A stretch of 64,000 bases of DNA. Origin: Phycisphaeraceae bacterium (GTDB lineage Bacteria > Planctomycetota > Phycisphaerae > Phycisphaerales > UBA1924). Made by a program: the position numbers and the translations under genes. Location: NCBI GenBank assembly GCA_019636495.1, contig JAHBXL010000014.1:54061-118060 (forward strand), read 5' to 3'. Of the stretch, positions 10,296 through 19,600 are shown one piece after another; the stretch's first letter is position 1, and each line of letters starts with the position of its first letter. A model generated the notes under the pieces. The model was not told the origin of the DNA and searched no databases. It saw only the letters and a list, made by a program, of their open reading frames with translations.

Positions 10296-11198
10296 TCAGC
10301 CGCCGGTCTCGAACCCCGGATACAACGTCATGCCGCCGTCCACGAACAGGCTGGCCCCGGTGATGTAGTCGGCCTCGTCGGAGCAGAGCCACACCGCAAG
10401 CCGGGCGACGTCTTCGACTTCGCCGATGCGCTTGTAGGGAATGAGTTTCAGAAGTTCGTTGTACGCCTCGTGCGTTTCCCACGCGGCACGGTTGATCGGC
10501 GTGCGGACCGCTCCCGGGCAAATGCTGTTCACGCGGATCCGCCACGGGGCCACCTCCTGCGCGATGCTCTTCATCATGAGCATCACGCCGCCCTTGCTCG
10601 CGGCGTAGTTCACGTGCCCGGCCCACGGAATGACCTCGTGTACGCTCGACACGCACACGATCTTCCCCGCCGCGCACGAGACGCCTGACCGGACGCCGCG
10701 GCGTTTGAACTCTCGGACCGCGGCCCGCGCACAGAGGAACTGCCCGGTGAGGTTCACCTCCAGCACCCTGCGCCACTGCGCGAGCGACATGTCCTCGATG
10801 GGCGCATCCTGCTGGATACCGGCGTTGTTCACGAGGATGTCGACCGCGCCGAACTCGTCGACAGTTCGCCGAAACATCGCCTCGACCTGCTTCTCGTCGG
10901 AGACATCGGCGGACACGGCGACCGCGCGCCCACGGTGTGCGCATCCGCAGTGCGTCGCTTCGTGCACGGCCGCGAGCGCGTCGGCGTCGGGTCCGATGTA
11001 GTTCACGACCACGTTTGCGCCCGCAGCGCACAGGGCATGCGCGATCCCGCGCCCGATTCCCGACGAGGCCCCGGTGACGATCGCCGTCTGCCCCTTGAGA
11101 ACGGGCCTCGCCTCGCATGCGGGCATCACGACCTGGGGCAGGTCGTCTGGCAGCAGGTCACGGATGTGAGCGCTGTTCATGATCTGTGCGGTGGACAT
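10296..11198 (-). CDS. SDR family oxidoreductase (glucose 1-dehydrogenase-like)
   Basis: TGASSGIG cofactor motif, NNAG, catalytic YAASK. ATG at 11198 is preceded by AGGAG. The ORF-track start at 11417 is an extension. Confidence 0.9.
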   Translation of the reverse strand: MSTAQIMNSAHIRDLLPDDLPQVVMPACEARPVLKGQTAIVTGASSGIGRGIAHALCAAGANVVVNYIGPDADALAAVHEATHCGCAHRGRAVAVSADVSDEKQVEAMFRRTVDEFGAVDILVNNAGIQQDAPIEDMSLAQWRRVLEVNLTGQFLCARAAVREFKRRGVRSGVSCAAGKIVCVSSVHEVIPWAGHVNYAASKGGVMLMMKSIAQEVAPWRIRVNSICPGAVRTPINRAAWETHEAYNELLKLIPYKRIGEVEDVARLAVWLCSDEADYITGASLFVDGGMTLYPGFETGG

Positions 11199-11435
11199 GC
11201 GTGCTCCTGTGCGTGGTTCGTGTGGCCCCGCGACCGGTACAGCCACCGGGGCTCGGTTGAGATGCCGCTCCAGTGCCGCGGTTTCGCCGCGGAGTCGCTG
11301 GTGTACACTGCGCAAACCGCCGTAACCCACTGGGCGCAGCGGCATCCAATGTGCGTGCCAGCACACGCGCCGCCGCCGACCGCCGACGCACCCCGAACGC
11401 CCCTTCGGCGGAACCACGGGGGAACCGAGGTCTCC

Positions 11436-12083
11436 ATGACTACTTCACCGATCAGCGGCGTCCACACGTCCGAAACGCGCCCGGAGCCGACCGGTGACGA
11501 AGAACATCTTTTGCTGAGCCGGCTCCGCGCCGGCGAGGACCGTGCGTTCGACGATCTGGTCCGCCTCGCGGCGGGCCGGATGCTCGCCGTAGCACGTCGA
11601 ATGCTTCACCGCGAGGAGGATGCGCAGGACGCCGTTCAGGAGGCGTTCCTCAGCGCGTTCCGCTCGCTGGACCGATTCGATGGTCGATCACGACTGACCA
11701 CTTGGCTGCACCGCATCACGGTCAATGCCTGCCTGATGAAACTCCGCTCGCAGCGACGCCGGCCCGAACGGGCCATCGAAGACCTGCTGCCGAAGTTTGC
11801 CGAGGACGGGCACCAGGCCATGCCCTCGCGCCCGTGGCGAGAAGAGGCGACCTGCTCGGCCGATTCGACCGAAGTCCGCGAACTGGTCCGGACCAAGATC
11901 GATGAACTGCCGGAGCAGTACCGGGTGGTGCTCGTACTGCGCGACCTGGAGGAACTGAGCACCGAAGAGACCGCCGAGGCCATGGACATGTCGGTCAACG
12001 CGGTCAAGACCCGGCTTCACCGCGCGAGGCAGGCGCTGCGTGCGCTCCTCGATCCGTACTTTCTCGAGGAGTCTTCCAAGTGA
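11436..12083 (+). CDS. ECF (sigma-70 family) RNA polymerase sigma factor
   Basis: Region 2 (DAVQEAFLSAF, TWLHRITVNACLMKLR) and region 4.2 (LSTEETAEAMDMSVNAVKTRLHRARQAL). ATG at 11436. Confidence 0.9.
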   Translation: MTTSPISGVHTSETRPEPTGDEEHLLLSRLRAGEDRAFDDLVRLAAGRMLAVARRMLHREEDAQDAVQEAFLSAFRSLDRFDGRSRLTTWLHRITVNACLMKLRSQRRRPERAIEDLLPKFAEDGHQAMPSRPWREEATCSADSTEVRELVRTKIDELPEQYRVVLVLRDLEELSTEETAEAMDMSVNAVKTRLHRARQALRALLDPYFLEESSK

Positions 12084-12364
12084 GCGAACCCACACCCCGT
12101 CAGGCCCCTGCGACCGGGAGCGGCATCACCTGCCGCGAGGCCATCGACTTCATCATGGCCTATCTCGACAACGAACTGCCGATGGAACAGCGGCACGAGT
12201 TCGAGCGTCACCTCTCTGTCTGTCCTTCATGCGTGAACTACCTCGACTCATACCAGCGCACAGTCACACTCGGGCGAGAGACGCACCGCGGCAACACGGA
12301 CGATGTGCCCGCGAGTCTGCTGAAGGCCATCGGCGCTGCGCGAAAGCGGAGCGGGAGCGCATGA
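12080..12364 (+). CDS. zinc-binding anti-sigma factor (ZAS, zf-HC2), soluble, RsrA-like size
   Basis: HLSVCPSC is an H-x3-C-x2-C motif, with an upstream Cys (ITCREAI). 94 aa, no TM helix. The GTG start overlaps the sigma factor stop (GTGA at 12080-12083). Confidence 0.75.
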   Translation: MSEPTPRQAPATGSGITCREAIDFIMAYLDNELPMEQRHEFERHLSVCPSCVNYLDSYQRTVTLGRETHRGNTDDVPASLLKAIGAARKRSGSA

Positions 12365-13269
12365 GCGCCGCACACGGTCCGTCGAGCACCCGCGAGCCCC
12401 GCGCCGTGGCGTGCATGGAAGTCTGGGGAGGAAGCGGCCGATTCTCGGGGCTGCTCTCGATGCCCGGCAACGATGTTTCCGTCGTGAGCGAGCCTCACGC
12501 CGGCGGCGCCGAGGGCGGCGACGTGTACTACCTCTCCAACTGTGCCGCGGGTTCGATCACGCGCTTCGTGCTCGCCGACATCTCCGGACACGGCGTCGAG
12601 GCGGCGGGCATTGCGCGAATGCTGCGCGACCTGATGCGCAGGCGCATCAACACGGCGAACCAGACGCGCTTTGCGCTCGAACTGAACCGCGCGTTCCTCG
12701 CCGCGGCCGATGGAGCGCGGTTCGCCACCGCCCTGCTCGCGACCTACTTCGCCCCGACCGATCACCTGGTCATCTGCAACGCGGGGCACCCGCGTCCGCT
12801 GCACTTGTCCGCCGAGAGCGGCGAGTGGCGCGTTCTCGACGGCCAGTCCCGCGACGCATCGACAGGTCGGAAGGCCGGCATCGCCAACCTGCCGCTGGGC
12901 ATCATCGAGCCGACCAACTATGAGCAGTTCGCCGTTCGGCTCGGACGAAATGACGTCGTGCTGGTCTACAGCGACGCACTCACCGAGGCGCGGGGCGTGG
13001 ATGGAGCGATGCTGGGCGAGTCTGGCCTGCTCGCCGAGGCAGCGCGGGTCGATCCCACCTCACCCGACATTGCCGAGCGTGTGCTGTCAGCGGTTCGAGC
13101 GCGGACTCCTGACGGCATCGACGACGATGCGACCGTGATTGCCATCCGGCACAACGCCGCCGATCCGCCGGCCCCGGGGCTCTCGGCGGTGTGGGCAGCC
13201 GCCGCGGCGATGCTCGGACTTGGTATCAGGGAGTCCTTGCCCGGGAGCGGCGCGGCGCAGCCGGTGTAA
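12361..13269 (+). CDS. PP2C/SpoIIE-family serine phosphatase (RsbU-like catalytic domain only)
   Basis: GGDVYY, ADISGHGVEAAGIA, VLVYSDALTEA and DDATVIAI motifs typical of SpoIIE/PP2C. ATG at 12361 overlaps the anti-sigma stop (ATGA). Confidence 0.8.
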   Translation: MSAAHGPSSTREPRAVACMEVWGGSGRFSGLLSMPGNDVSVVSEPHAGGAEGGDVYYLSNCAAGSITRFVLADISGHGVEAAGIARMLRDLMRRRINTANQTRFALELNRAFLAAADGARFATALLATYFAPTDHLVICNAGHPRPLHLSAESGEWRVLDGQSRDASTGRKAGIANLPLGIIEPTNYEQFAVRLGRNDVVLVYSDALTEARGVDGAMLGESGLLAEAARVDPTSPDIAERVLSAVRARTPDGIDDDATVIAIRHNAADPPAPGLSAVWAAAAAMLGLGIRESLPGSGAAQPV

Positions 13270-13298
13270 CCCGATTGCACGGCGGGCATCCAAGGGCC

Positions 13299-13511
13299 AT
13301 GCTGATCGCATCGGCGGTACTCGTTGCGTGCGGGTTGTACCTGGTGGCCGGGTTCGTGTTCGGCGTGATGTTTGTCTGGGCGCTCGTTTCGCGGCTCGAT
13401 GCCGCGACCCGCAGCGCGCTATGGACCTTCCGGCTGTGCATCCTGCCGGGCTGCATCGCGCTCTGGCCGATGCTCTTCGCCCTGCTCCTGCGGAAAGGGA
13501 GACACTCTTGA
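13299..13511 (+). CDS. small hypothetical membrane protein (70 aa, 2 TM)
   Basis: MLIASAVLVACGLYLVAGFVFGVMFVWALV...CILPGCIALWPMLFALLL. The stop overlaps the next candidate start (TTGA at 13508-13511). Confidence 0.45.
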   Translation: MLIASAVLVACGLYLVAGFVFGVMFVWALVSRLDAATRSALWTFRLCILPGCIALWPMLFALLLRKGRHS

Positions 13512-13642
13512 CCCGATCCCAACGCCGCGCGCACACGGTCATCTGGCTCGTGATTGTCCCGGCAATCGCACTGCTTCTGGCCGGCGCTCTGCACGCGCGA
13601 AGCCGCCAGCCCTTCGCCGATGCCCGGAGCATGCAGCCATGA
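13508..13642 (+). CDS. candidate 44-aa single-TM peptide
   Basis: TTG start, LTRSQRRAHTVIWLVIVPAIALLLAGALHARSRQPFADARSMQP. Bridged by overlaps on both sides (TTGA at 13508, ATGA at 13639). Below the ORF-track size cutoff. Confidence 0.25.
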   Translation: MTRSQRRAHTVIWLVIVPAIALLLAGALHARSRQPFADARSMQP

Positions 13643-14718
13643 GCATCGGTTACCGTGCCGTGCAGTGGAGTCGCTCCAAGCGCGTCTATGACCTGATCGC
13701 GGCGGGCGCCGCGGCCTCGTTCATCGTCGTGTTCATCGCGGTGGGCAAGGCCGCGTGGCGCGGAGAGCACGCCGTGAGCGACGAGGTGCTGTTCCTGCGG
13801 GCGACGGGCGCATGCGCGCTGGCGCTGCTGCACGTGGTCCTCTGCATCGGGCCCTTGGCCCGCTTTGACTCGCGGTTCCTGCCCGTGCTGTTCAACCGCC
13901 GCCACCTTGGCGTGCTGACCTTCCTCGTTGCACTGGCACACGGCGTTGTGGCGATCGGCTACTACCACGGCTTCGGCTCGGCCAACCCCCTCCTCTCTCT
14001 GCTGACGAGCAACACCAACTTCGGTTCGCTCGGGGCGTTTCCCTTCCAACTGCTCGGTGCCGGCGGATTGCTGATTCTGTTTCTGCTCGCCGCGACCAGC
14101 CACGACTTCTGGCTCAAGAACCTCTCAGCGCGCGTGTGGAAGTCGCTCCACATGCTCGTGTATGCCGCGTACGCGATGCTGGTCGGCCATGTCGCGCTCG
14201 GGGCGATGCAGACCGACCGCGGCGTGCTCCTGCCCGCACTGGTCATCGGCGGCGCGGCGATTGTCTGCGGCTTGCACATCGCGGCAGGGCTGCGCGAGTC
14301 GGCCCGGGACCGCGCCGACGCGCGCGTTCGTGGCGACGACGGCGAGGAGTGGTTCGATGTCGGCCCGGCGATGGAGATTCCCCTGGACCGCGCGCGAACA
14401 GTGTGCACGCCCCGAGGCGACCGCATCGCGGTGTTCCGCCACGATGGCGGCGTCTCCGCCGTGACCAACCGCTGCGCGCACCAGGGCGGACCGCTTGGCG
14501 AGGGCGCAGTGATCGACGGGTGCATCACCTGCCCCTGGCACGGCTGGCAGTACCGCGCGCACGATGGCTGCGCCCCGCCGCCGTTCGCGGAGAAGATCGC
14601 CACCTACCAGGTCCGCATCGTTGCGGGGCGAGCGCACGTTTCCTCGCGCGCACTGCCGCCGGGGTCCCCTGTCCCGCCCGCGCGGATCGAGGAGCACGCC
14701 GATGTCCGAGCGGACTGA
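13639..14718 (+). CDS. ferric-reductase-like transmembrane (di-heme b) domain fused to a Rieske [2Fe-2S] domain
   Basis: TM His pairs (NRRHLGVLTFLVALAHGV; SLHMLVYAAYAMLVGHVAL) as in YedZ/FRD domains. C-terminal Rieske motifs CAHQGGPL and CPWHGWQY. ATG at 13639. Confidence 0.75.
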   Translation: MSIGYRAVQWSRSKRVYDLIAAGAAASFIVVFIAVGKAAWRGEHAVSDEVLFLRATGACALALLHVVLCIGPLARFDSRFLPVLFNRRHLGVLTFLVALAHGVVAIGYYHGFGSANPLLSLLTSNTNFGSLGAFPFQLLGAGGLLILFLLAATSHDFWLKNLSARVWKSLHMLVYAAYAMLVGHVALGAMQTDRGVLLPALVIGGAAIVCGLHIAAGLRESARDRADARVRGDDGEEWFDVGPAMEIPLDRARTVCTPRGDRIAVFRHDGGVSAVTNRCAHQGGPLGEGAVIDGCITCPWHGWQYRAHDGCAPPPFAEKIATYQVRIVAGRAHVSSRALPPGSPVPPARIEEHADVRAD

Positions 14719-15457
14719 GAACCATCCATCGACCAACGATCTGTACGTCAACTACCTGCCGATGCCCCGGCGGCACGCTCGGTTCCTGCGAGTCGCGCTG
14801 CCCGCGGCCCTGTGGCTGCTGGTCGGCGCTGCGCTCGCGTGGGCTCTGACACAGCGCGACCCGGGCGGCGCGGTGTGGGACGACGGCAGACCCGTCCAGA
14901 TCCGCGGCGTGCTGAGCACCCGCCCCTGCGCCGTGCTGCACACCGACGAAGGTCCCGTCCTGCTTGTCGAGGTCGGCAAGCACGGCCCTCGCCGACTTGG
15001 CGCGTTCGAGGGCGCGATGTGCGCCGCTTCCGGCTGGCCGCTTCGACGTGACGGCCGGCGCATGCTCGAACTGGAACCCGGCGACAACGCGGTTCGTGTC
15101 GAAGCCGCAACGCCGCCGCGGCCACTGGACGGGCCGCGAGTGCTCGGGCCGGTCATGCTCCGCGGCGAGATCGTCGATGCCAAGTGCTTCCTGGGCGCGA
15201 TGAAGCCGGGAGACGGCAAGACGCACAAGGAGTGCGCCACGCTGTGCATTCGCGGCGGCATTCCCGCGATGCTTGTCTCCCATGGCGCGGACGGAGCGCC
15301 CGTGTATCACATTCTCACCGCGATGGACGACGGGCCCATCGACGCATCCATCCATCCGCTCATCGCCGATCTCGTTGAGATCCGCGGCGAACTGATCGAC
15401 TGGAACGGCCTGCGCGCGGTGCGCATCGAGCCCTCGGGTGTTCGGCGCGCAAACTGA
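14702..15457 (+). CDS. hypothetical TM-anchored protein with conserved-looking Cys/His motif
   Basis: MSERTEN start with a 17-nt overlap on the upstream gene. TM helix FLRVALPAALWLLVGAALAWAL. C-terminal GEIVDAKCFLGAMKPGDGKTHKECATLCIRGGIP. Confidence 0.6.
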   Translation: MSERTENHPSTNDLYVNYLPMPRRHARFLRVALPAALWLLVGAALAWALTQRDPGGAVWDDGRPVQIRGVLSTRPCAVLHTDEGPVLLVEVGKHGPRRLGAFEGAMCAASGWPLRRDGRRMLELEPGDNAVRVEAATPPRPLDGPRVLGPVMLRGEIVDAKCFLGAMKPGDGKTHKECATLCIRGGIPAMLVSHGADGAPVYHILTAMDDGPIDASIHPLIADLVEIRGELIDWNGLRAVRIEPSGVRRAN

Positions 15458-15546
15458 AACCGCGCGGCACGCCGCGGCATCCGAGCAGCGTCGTTGCAAC
15501 CAATCCGTTCACGCGCGTCCCCACACACCAACTCGGAGAACACACC

Positions 15547-16491
15547 ATGATGGCTGTCTTTGTCTCATCGATACTCTCGCTGGCCTCACTGTCGGCACCA
15601 CACGACCCCGCCAAGGGCGCGCCCACTCCACCCGCGGAAGCCGAAAGCGCGGCGATGCGCACATTCACCGTCGGCGAGGGCGATCGGCGCTTCGACTCCT
15701 CCACTGCGCGCGGCCGCTACCTCGCGATCCACTTCCTCCTCGGCGACGAGTGCCCCTTCTGCACGCGGATGATGCGCGAGTACGAGGAGAAACTGCCGAC
15801 CGTCGCGGGCGTGCGGCAGATCTTCGTGCAGAACATCCCTCCCGAGGCCTTCGATGCCGCCGTGCGCGCCAATCCCGAAGGAACGCGGAACCTGTATCGT
15901 GATGCGGACGGGCGGCTGGCGGAAATGTTCAAGATTCCGGGCGGATACCGCTTCCACGGCATGACCATGGCCTATCCCGCGCTGGTCGTGCTCGATGGCG
16001 AGGGCCGCGAGGTCTTCCGCCACATCGGCGCCAGCAACGCCGATCGGCTGCCCTTCGAGCAGTTCGCGGCCAGGATTGCCGACCTGTCGCGCGATCCCGC
16101 GGTCTCGCACGCCAACGCCGAGAAGGGGCTCGCGCTCGCGGGCTTTGACCCGGTCGCCTACGTCGACCAGAGCGCCGCGACCCCGGGTGATCCGAAGATC
16201 GTCTCGATGCACCGCGGCCTGACGTACCGGTTCTCGTCGGCCCGTCATCGCGCCCTGTTCAACGATGCGCCGGAGAAGTATGCGCCCGCCTACGGCGGCT
16301 GGTGCGCGACCGCCATGGCCGAGGGCCGAAAGGTCGAGGTGAACCCGCGAAGTTTCAAGATCGTTGGTGGACGTCTGATGCTGTTCTACAAGGGCGCGTG
16401 GGGCGATGCGCTCAAGGACTGGAACAAGGACGAGCCGGGCCTGACGCGCAAGGCCGACGAAGCCTGGTCGCGGACAATCGCGGGCCGATGA
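15547..16491 (+). CDS. secreted thioredoxin-fold (redoxin/AhpC-TSA-like) domain fused to a YHS-type domain
   Basis: Signal-like N-terminus. LAIHFLLGDECPFCTRMM (CxxC in a Trx-fold context). The C-terminal half (GFDPVAYVD...YRFSSARHRALFNDAPEKYAPAYGGWCATAMA) resembles YHS domain proteins. Confidence 0.7.
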   Translation: MMAVFVSSILSLASLSAPHDPAKGAPTPPAEAESAAMRTFTVGEGDRRFDSSTARGRYLAIHFLLGDECPFCTRMMREYEEKLPTVAGVRQIFVQNIPPEAFDAAVRANPEGTRNLYRDADGRLAEMFKIPGGYRFHGMTMAYPALVVLDGEGREVFRHIGASNADRLPFEQFAARIADLSRDPAVSHANAEKGLALAGFDPVAYVDQSAATPGDPKIVSMHRGLTYRFSSARHRALFNDAPEKYAPAYGGWCATAMAEGRKVEVNPRSFKIVGGRLMLFYKGAWGDALKDWNKDEPGLTRKADEAWSRTIAGR

Positions 16492-16662
16492 GCCCGCGCC
16501 CGATCCTTCGACCACCGCTGCATCTTCCGCGTCGCGCTCGCTCCGATGTCGAAGCGCATCGCGCCTCGGTCGGGCGATGGAGAAAGCAGGACCCGGGGCC
16601 GCGCAGCACGCGGCGCGCACCACCCTGGTGTCGCGCCGCGTATCACGCTGCGCAGCAGAAAC

Positions 16663-19600
16663 TCACGGGCACCCGGCAAACCACGCGCTGAGGAACGCGA
16701 AGATGTCGGGGACCGCGAGCACGCCGTTGTTGTCGAAATCGGCACGCGGTTCATAGGCAAACCATGCCGCGAGGAACGCGAAGATGTCCGGCACCCCGAC
16801 GACGCCGTCGCCATCGAAGTCGGCCGGGCACGGCGGGGCGATCTGCACGAGGTTGCCCGGCACGTCCACGACACCGTGGTTGATGAGCGTGTTGTAGTAC
16901 ACTTTGCACGCGGGGTTGATGAGCCGGCTCCCCGCGTGGATGCGCAGCGTGTCGACGTACACCGCCTCGCACGCGCCCTGCCCGAGGTTGTCATTGTCGT
17001 GCTGATCGACCAGCCGGACGATCGTCGGCGCAGGGCCGATGACCAGTTGGCCGAGCGGGTACTGCCCCGCGACCGCGCTGTCCAGGCCGCTCGCGACCGG
17101 GCCCATGTCGCGCGACATCACCTCCAGCGTGCGCTCCCCGCCGGGGCCTTCCATGCGCAGCGTCGCCGCGGCGAGGTTGAACCGCGTATGGCTGTTGATG
17201 GCGCAATCGAAGTTCCCGCCGACGAGCACCGCCGCGTCGTCCGCGGTCATCCGCAGGTCGGCATCGGGCCCGATGATCAGGTTCCCACTGACTTCAACTG
17301 CCGGCGGCCCGCCCAGGCACCCCGAGCACACCGGGCCGATGATGGTCCCGTTGTTCACCAGCGTGCCGAAGATGTACAGCGTGCCCGAGCGGATGGTCGT
17401 CGTCGCGCCCGATTCGTTGCGGTAGTCGCCGAACTGCGCTGTCGAGCCGAAGATGTTGACCGCGCTGCGGTTCCAGAACAGCGGCGCGGCCAGGCCACCC
17501 CCCGACATGTTGAACGTGTCGAGGTTGACGAACGGCCCATCGGCGATCATCGACGAGTTGGACAGGAACGTGGTCGGGGCGATCACCGTCGCGCCGCTCC
17601 CGCCGATCAGGTTCAACGCCGCGCCCTGCTCGACGCGCACCGGCCCGTCGAAGCAGACCTCCGCCGCGTTGATCGTCAGCGACGAGTTGATTCGCGCTGT
17701 GAGTGTCCCGCGGGAGCCGAGGCTGAACATCTCCCCGATCAGATCGACCGATGACCCCGCCGAGGAGCGCACCTGCCCGAAGATGTCCAGCGACTGACCC
17801 GGGGCCGCGGCGAGGAACGAAGAGCCCCCCAGCGTCAGGATCGAGGTCGAGGGCGTCCGCAGGTCGCCCGTGGAGTTCAGGCCCAGCGAACGGCCCAGCG
17901 TGTCCAGCGATCCGATATCCGCCCAGGCCTGCTGCGTCGCGGTGATCTGATGCCCGCTCTGCGCCCCGAGCAGCGCCGCGGCCAGCGAGGCGTGCGCCGT
18001 GCCAAGCGAGTTGTTCGCGGCAAACGCAAGGCCGTCGCGCGGCACTTCAAACAGCCGTACGGAGCCTTGATTGCTGTTGGACCCCACATCATCCAAGTAC
18101 GCTCCTGCAAACACGGTCCCTTCAGCGGCGGCGAGCGACCATGCCAACTGATCCTGTGCCGCGGCATCGGCGACCACCAGTTTGCCCTGCTCGGTCCAGG
18201 TCGTACCGTTGCGCGAGAACACGTAGACGAGCCCGCGATTGCTGAGGGTGCTCTCCGTGTCGTTCAAAGCCCCGATGTACGCCCGGTCACCATCCAGCGC
18301 GACAGACCGTCCAAAGAAGCCGTTGACCCTGGCATCCGGCGCGACCAACTGTGCCTGCTCAACCCAACCTCCGGATGTACGTTCGAAGACATAGACCAAC
18401 CCCACGTTCAACAATCCCTGCATGCTCTTGCCGGGCGCTCCCACCAGGACAGTCGTGCCTTGAAGAGCAACCGAGAAAGCAAAGTTGTCATCTTGTCCAG
18501 GAACTCCGGTTCCGATGCGGCCATCGGATTCCCAACCGCCGAACTGGCCCGGGACAAGGGCATACACCTCTCCGTTCGAACCAGTGAACTGAGGCACGGT
18601 GACCACGACCACTCGATTCGCTGAGGCAATGATGCGGCCGCCGTACCCATACCCAAAGCAGTCGCCGCAATCGAATGGGCCGAACGAGGCTTGGCTCCAG
18701 GTCGAACCCGAACGGGTGTAACGGAACGCAAGCCCGCGAGCGAAAGCGTCCCCAACTGTCCGGCCCGGTGCACCGATGAACGCAATGCTCTCCGAAACCA
18801 GAGCCACGGCGCTCCCGAACCGCTGGCTTGCCTGCAAACCCACGCCTGTCGAAGTCGTCAGTTTGGCCTGCTGCGTCCATGTGGCGCTGGAGCGGACGAA
18901 AACATACGCCGCGCCCGTGTCTGTAAACGCATCCACGTCGTGATTCGGCGCTCCGACAACGATCGTGTCGCCCTTGATGGCCACGGCCGCGCCAAACCTA
19001 TCCGACGCCGCGCCATCGGCCGCCGTGAGTTTGGCCTGCTGCACCCACGACAGCCCGGACCGCACGAACACATACGCTGCGCCACGATCCAGGTCGCCGC
19101 CGACATCGCTGCGTGGCGATCCGACAACAATGGTGTCCCCATCGATGGCCACCACGGTTCCGAACTCGTCATTCGCCGCCCCATCCGATGCCAGCAGCAT
19201 CAGATCCGGTCCGATCCACTTCGTCCCCAGCCGCGAGAACACCCACGCCGAGCCCTGATCGGTGTTCCCTTCGACATCATCGAAGGGCGCGCCGCCCACG
19301 GCCGTATCGCCCCACAGCGCGACCGCCGCGCCGAACTGGTCCATCGCAGTCCCATCGGGCGCGGCGAGTCGGGCCTGCTGCATCCACGCCGCGCCGCTCC
19401 GCGCGAAGATGTACATCGCGCCGCGGTTCGAAGCGCCGTCGATCGTCTCCAGCCATGCCCCCGCGGCCAGCGTGTCGCCGTGCAATGCCACGGAATGGCC
19501 CAGGTTGGCGTTGGCCGTCCCGGGCGATGCCGTGACCTTGGCCTGCGGATTCCACGCCGCGCCCGTCCGCACATACACGTAGACCGAGCCCTGGTTCGCG

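Noticed and set aside
11405-11430. Tandem GGAACC motifs (cggcGGAACCacgggGGAACCgagg) as an autoregulated ECF promoter.
   Set aside because: They lie only 10-25 nt from the ATG at 11436, too close to serve as a -35 element for this gene. They are more likely part of the RBS region or chance.
12040-12360. N-terminal extensions proposed by the ORF track: 12040 for the PP2C gene, 13372 for the Rieske fusion, 43666 for the LMW-PTP, 49937 for the S41 protease, 31325 for gap, 2583 for the ABC ATPase.
   Set aside because: The extensions overlap the upstream genes and lack family similarity. Internal starts coincide with RBS-like purine runs or 4-nt stop/start overlaps.
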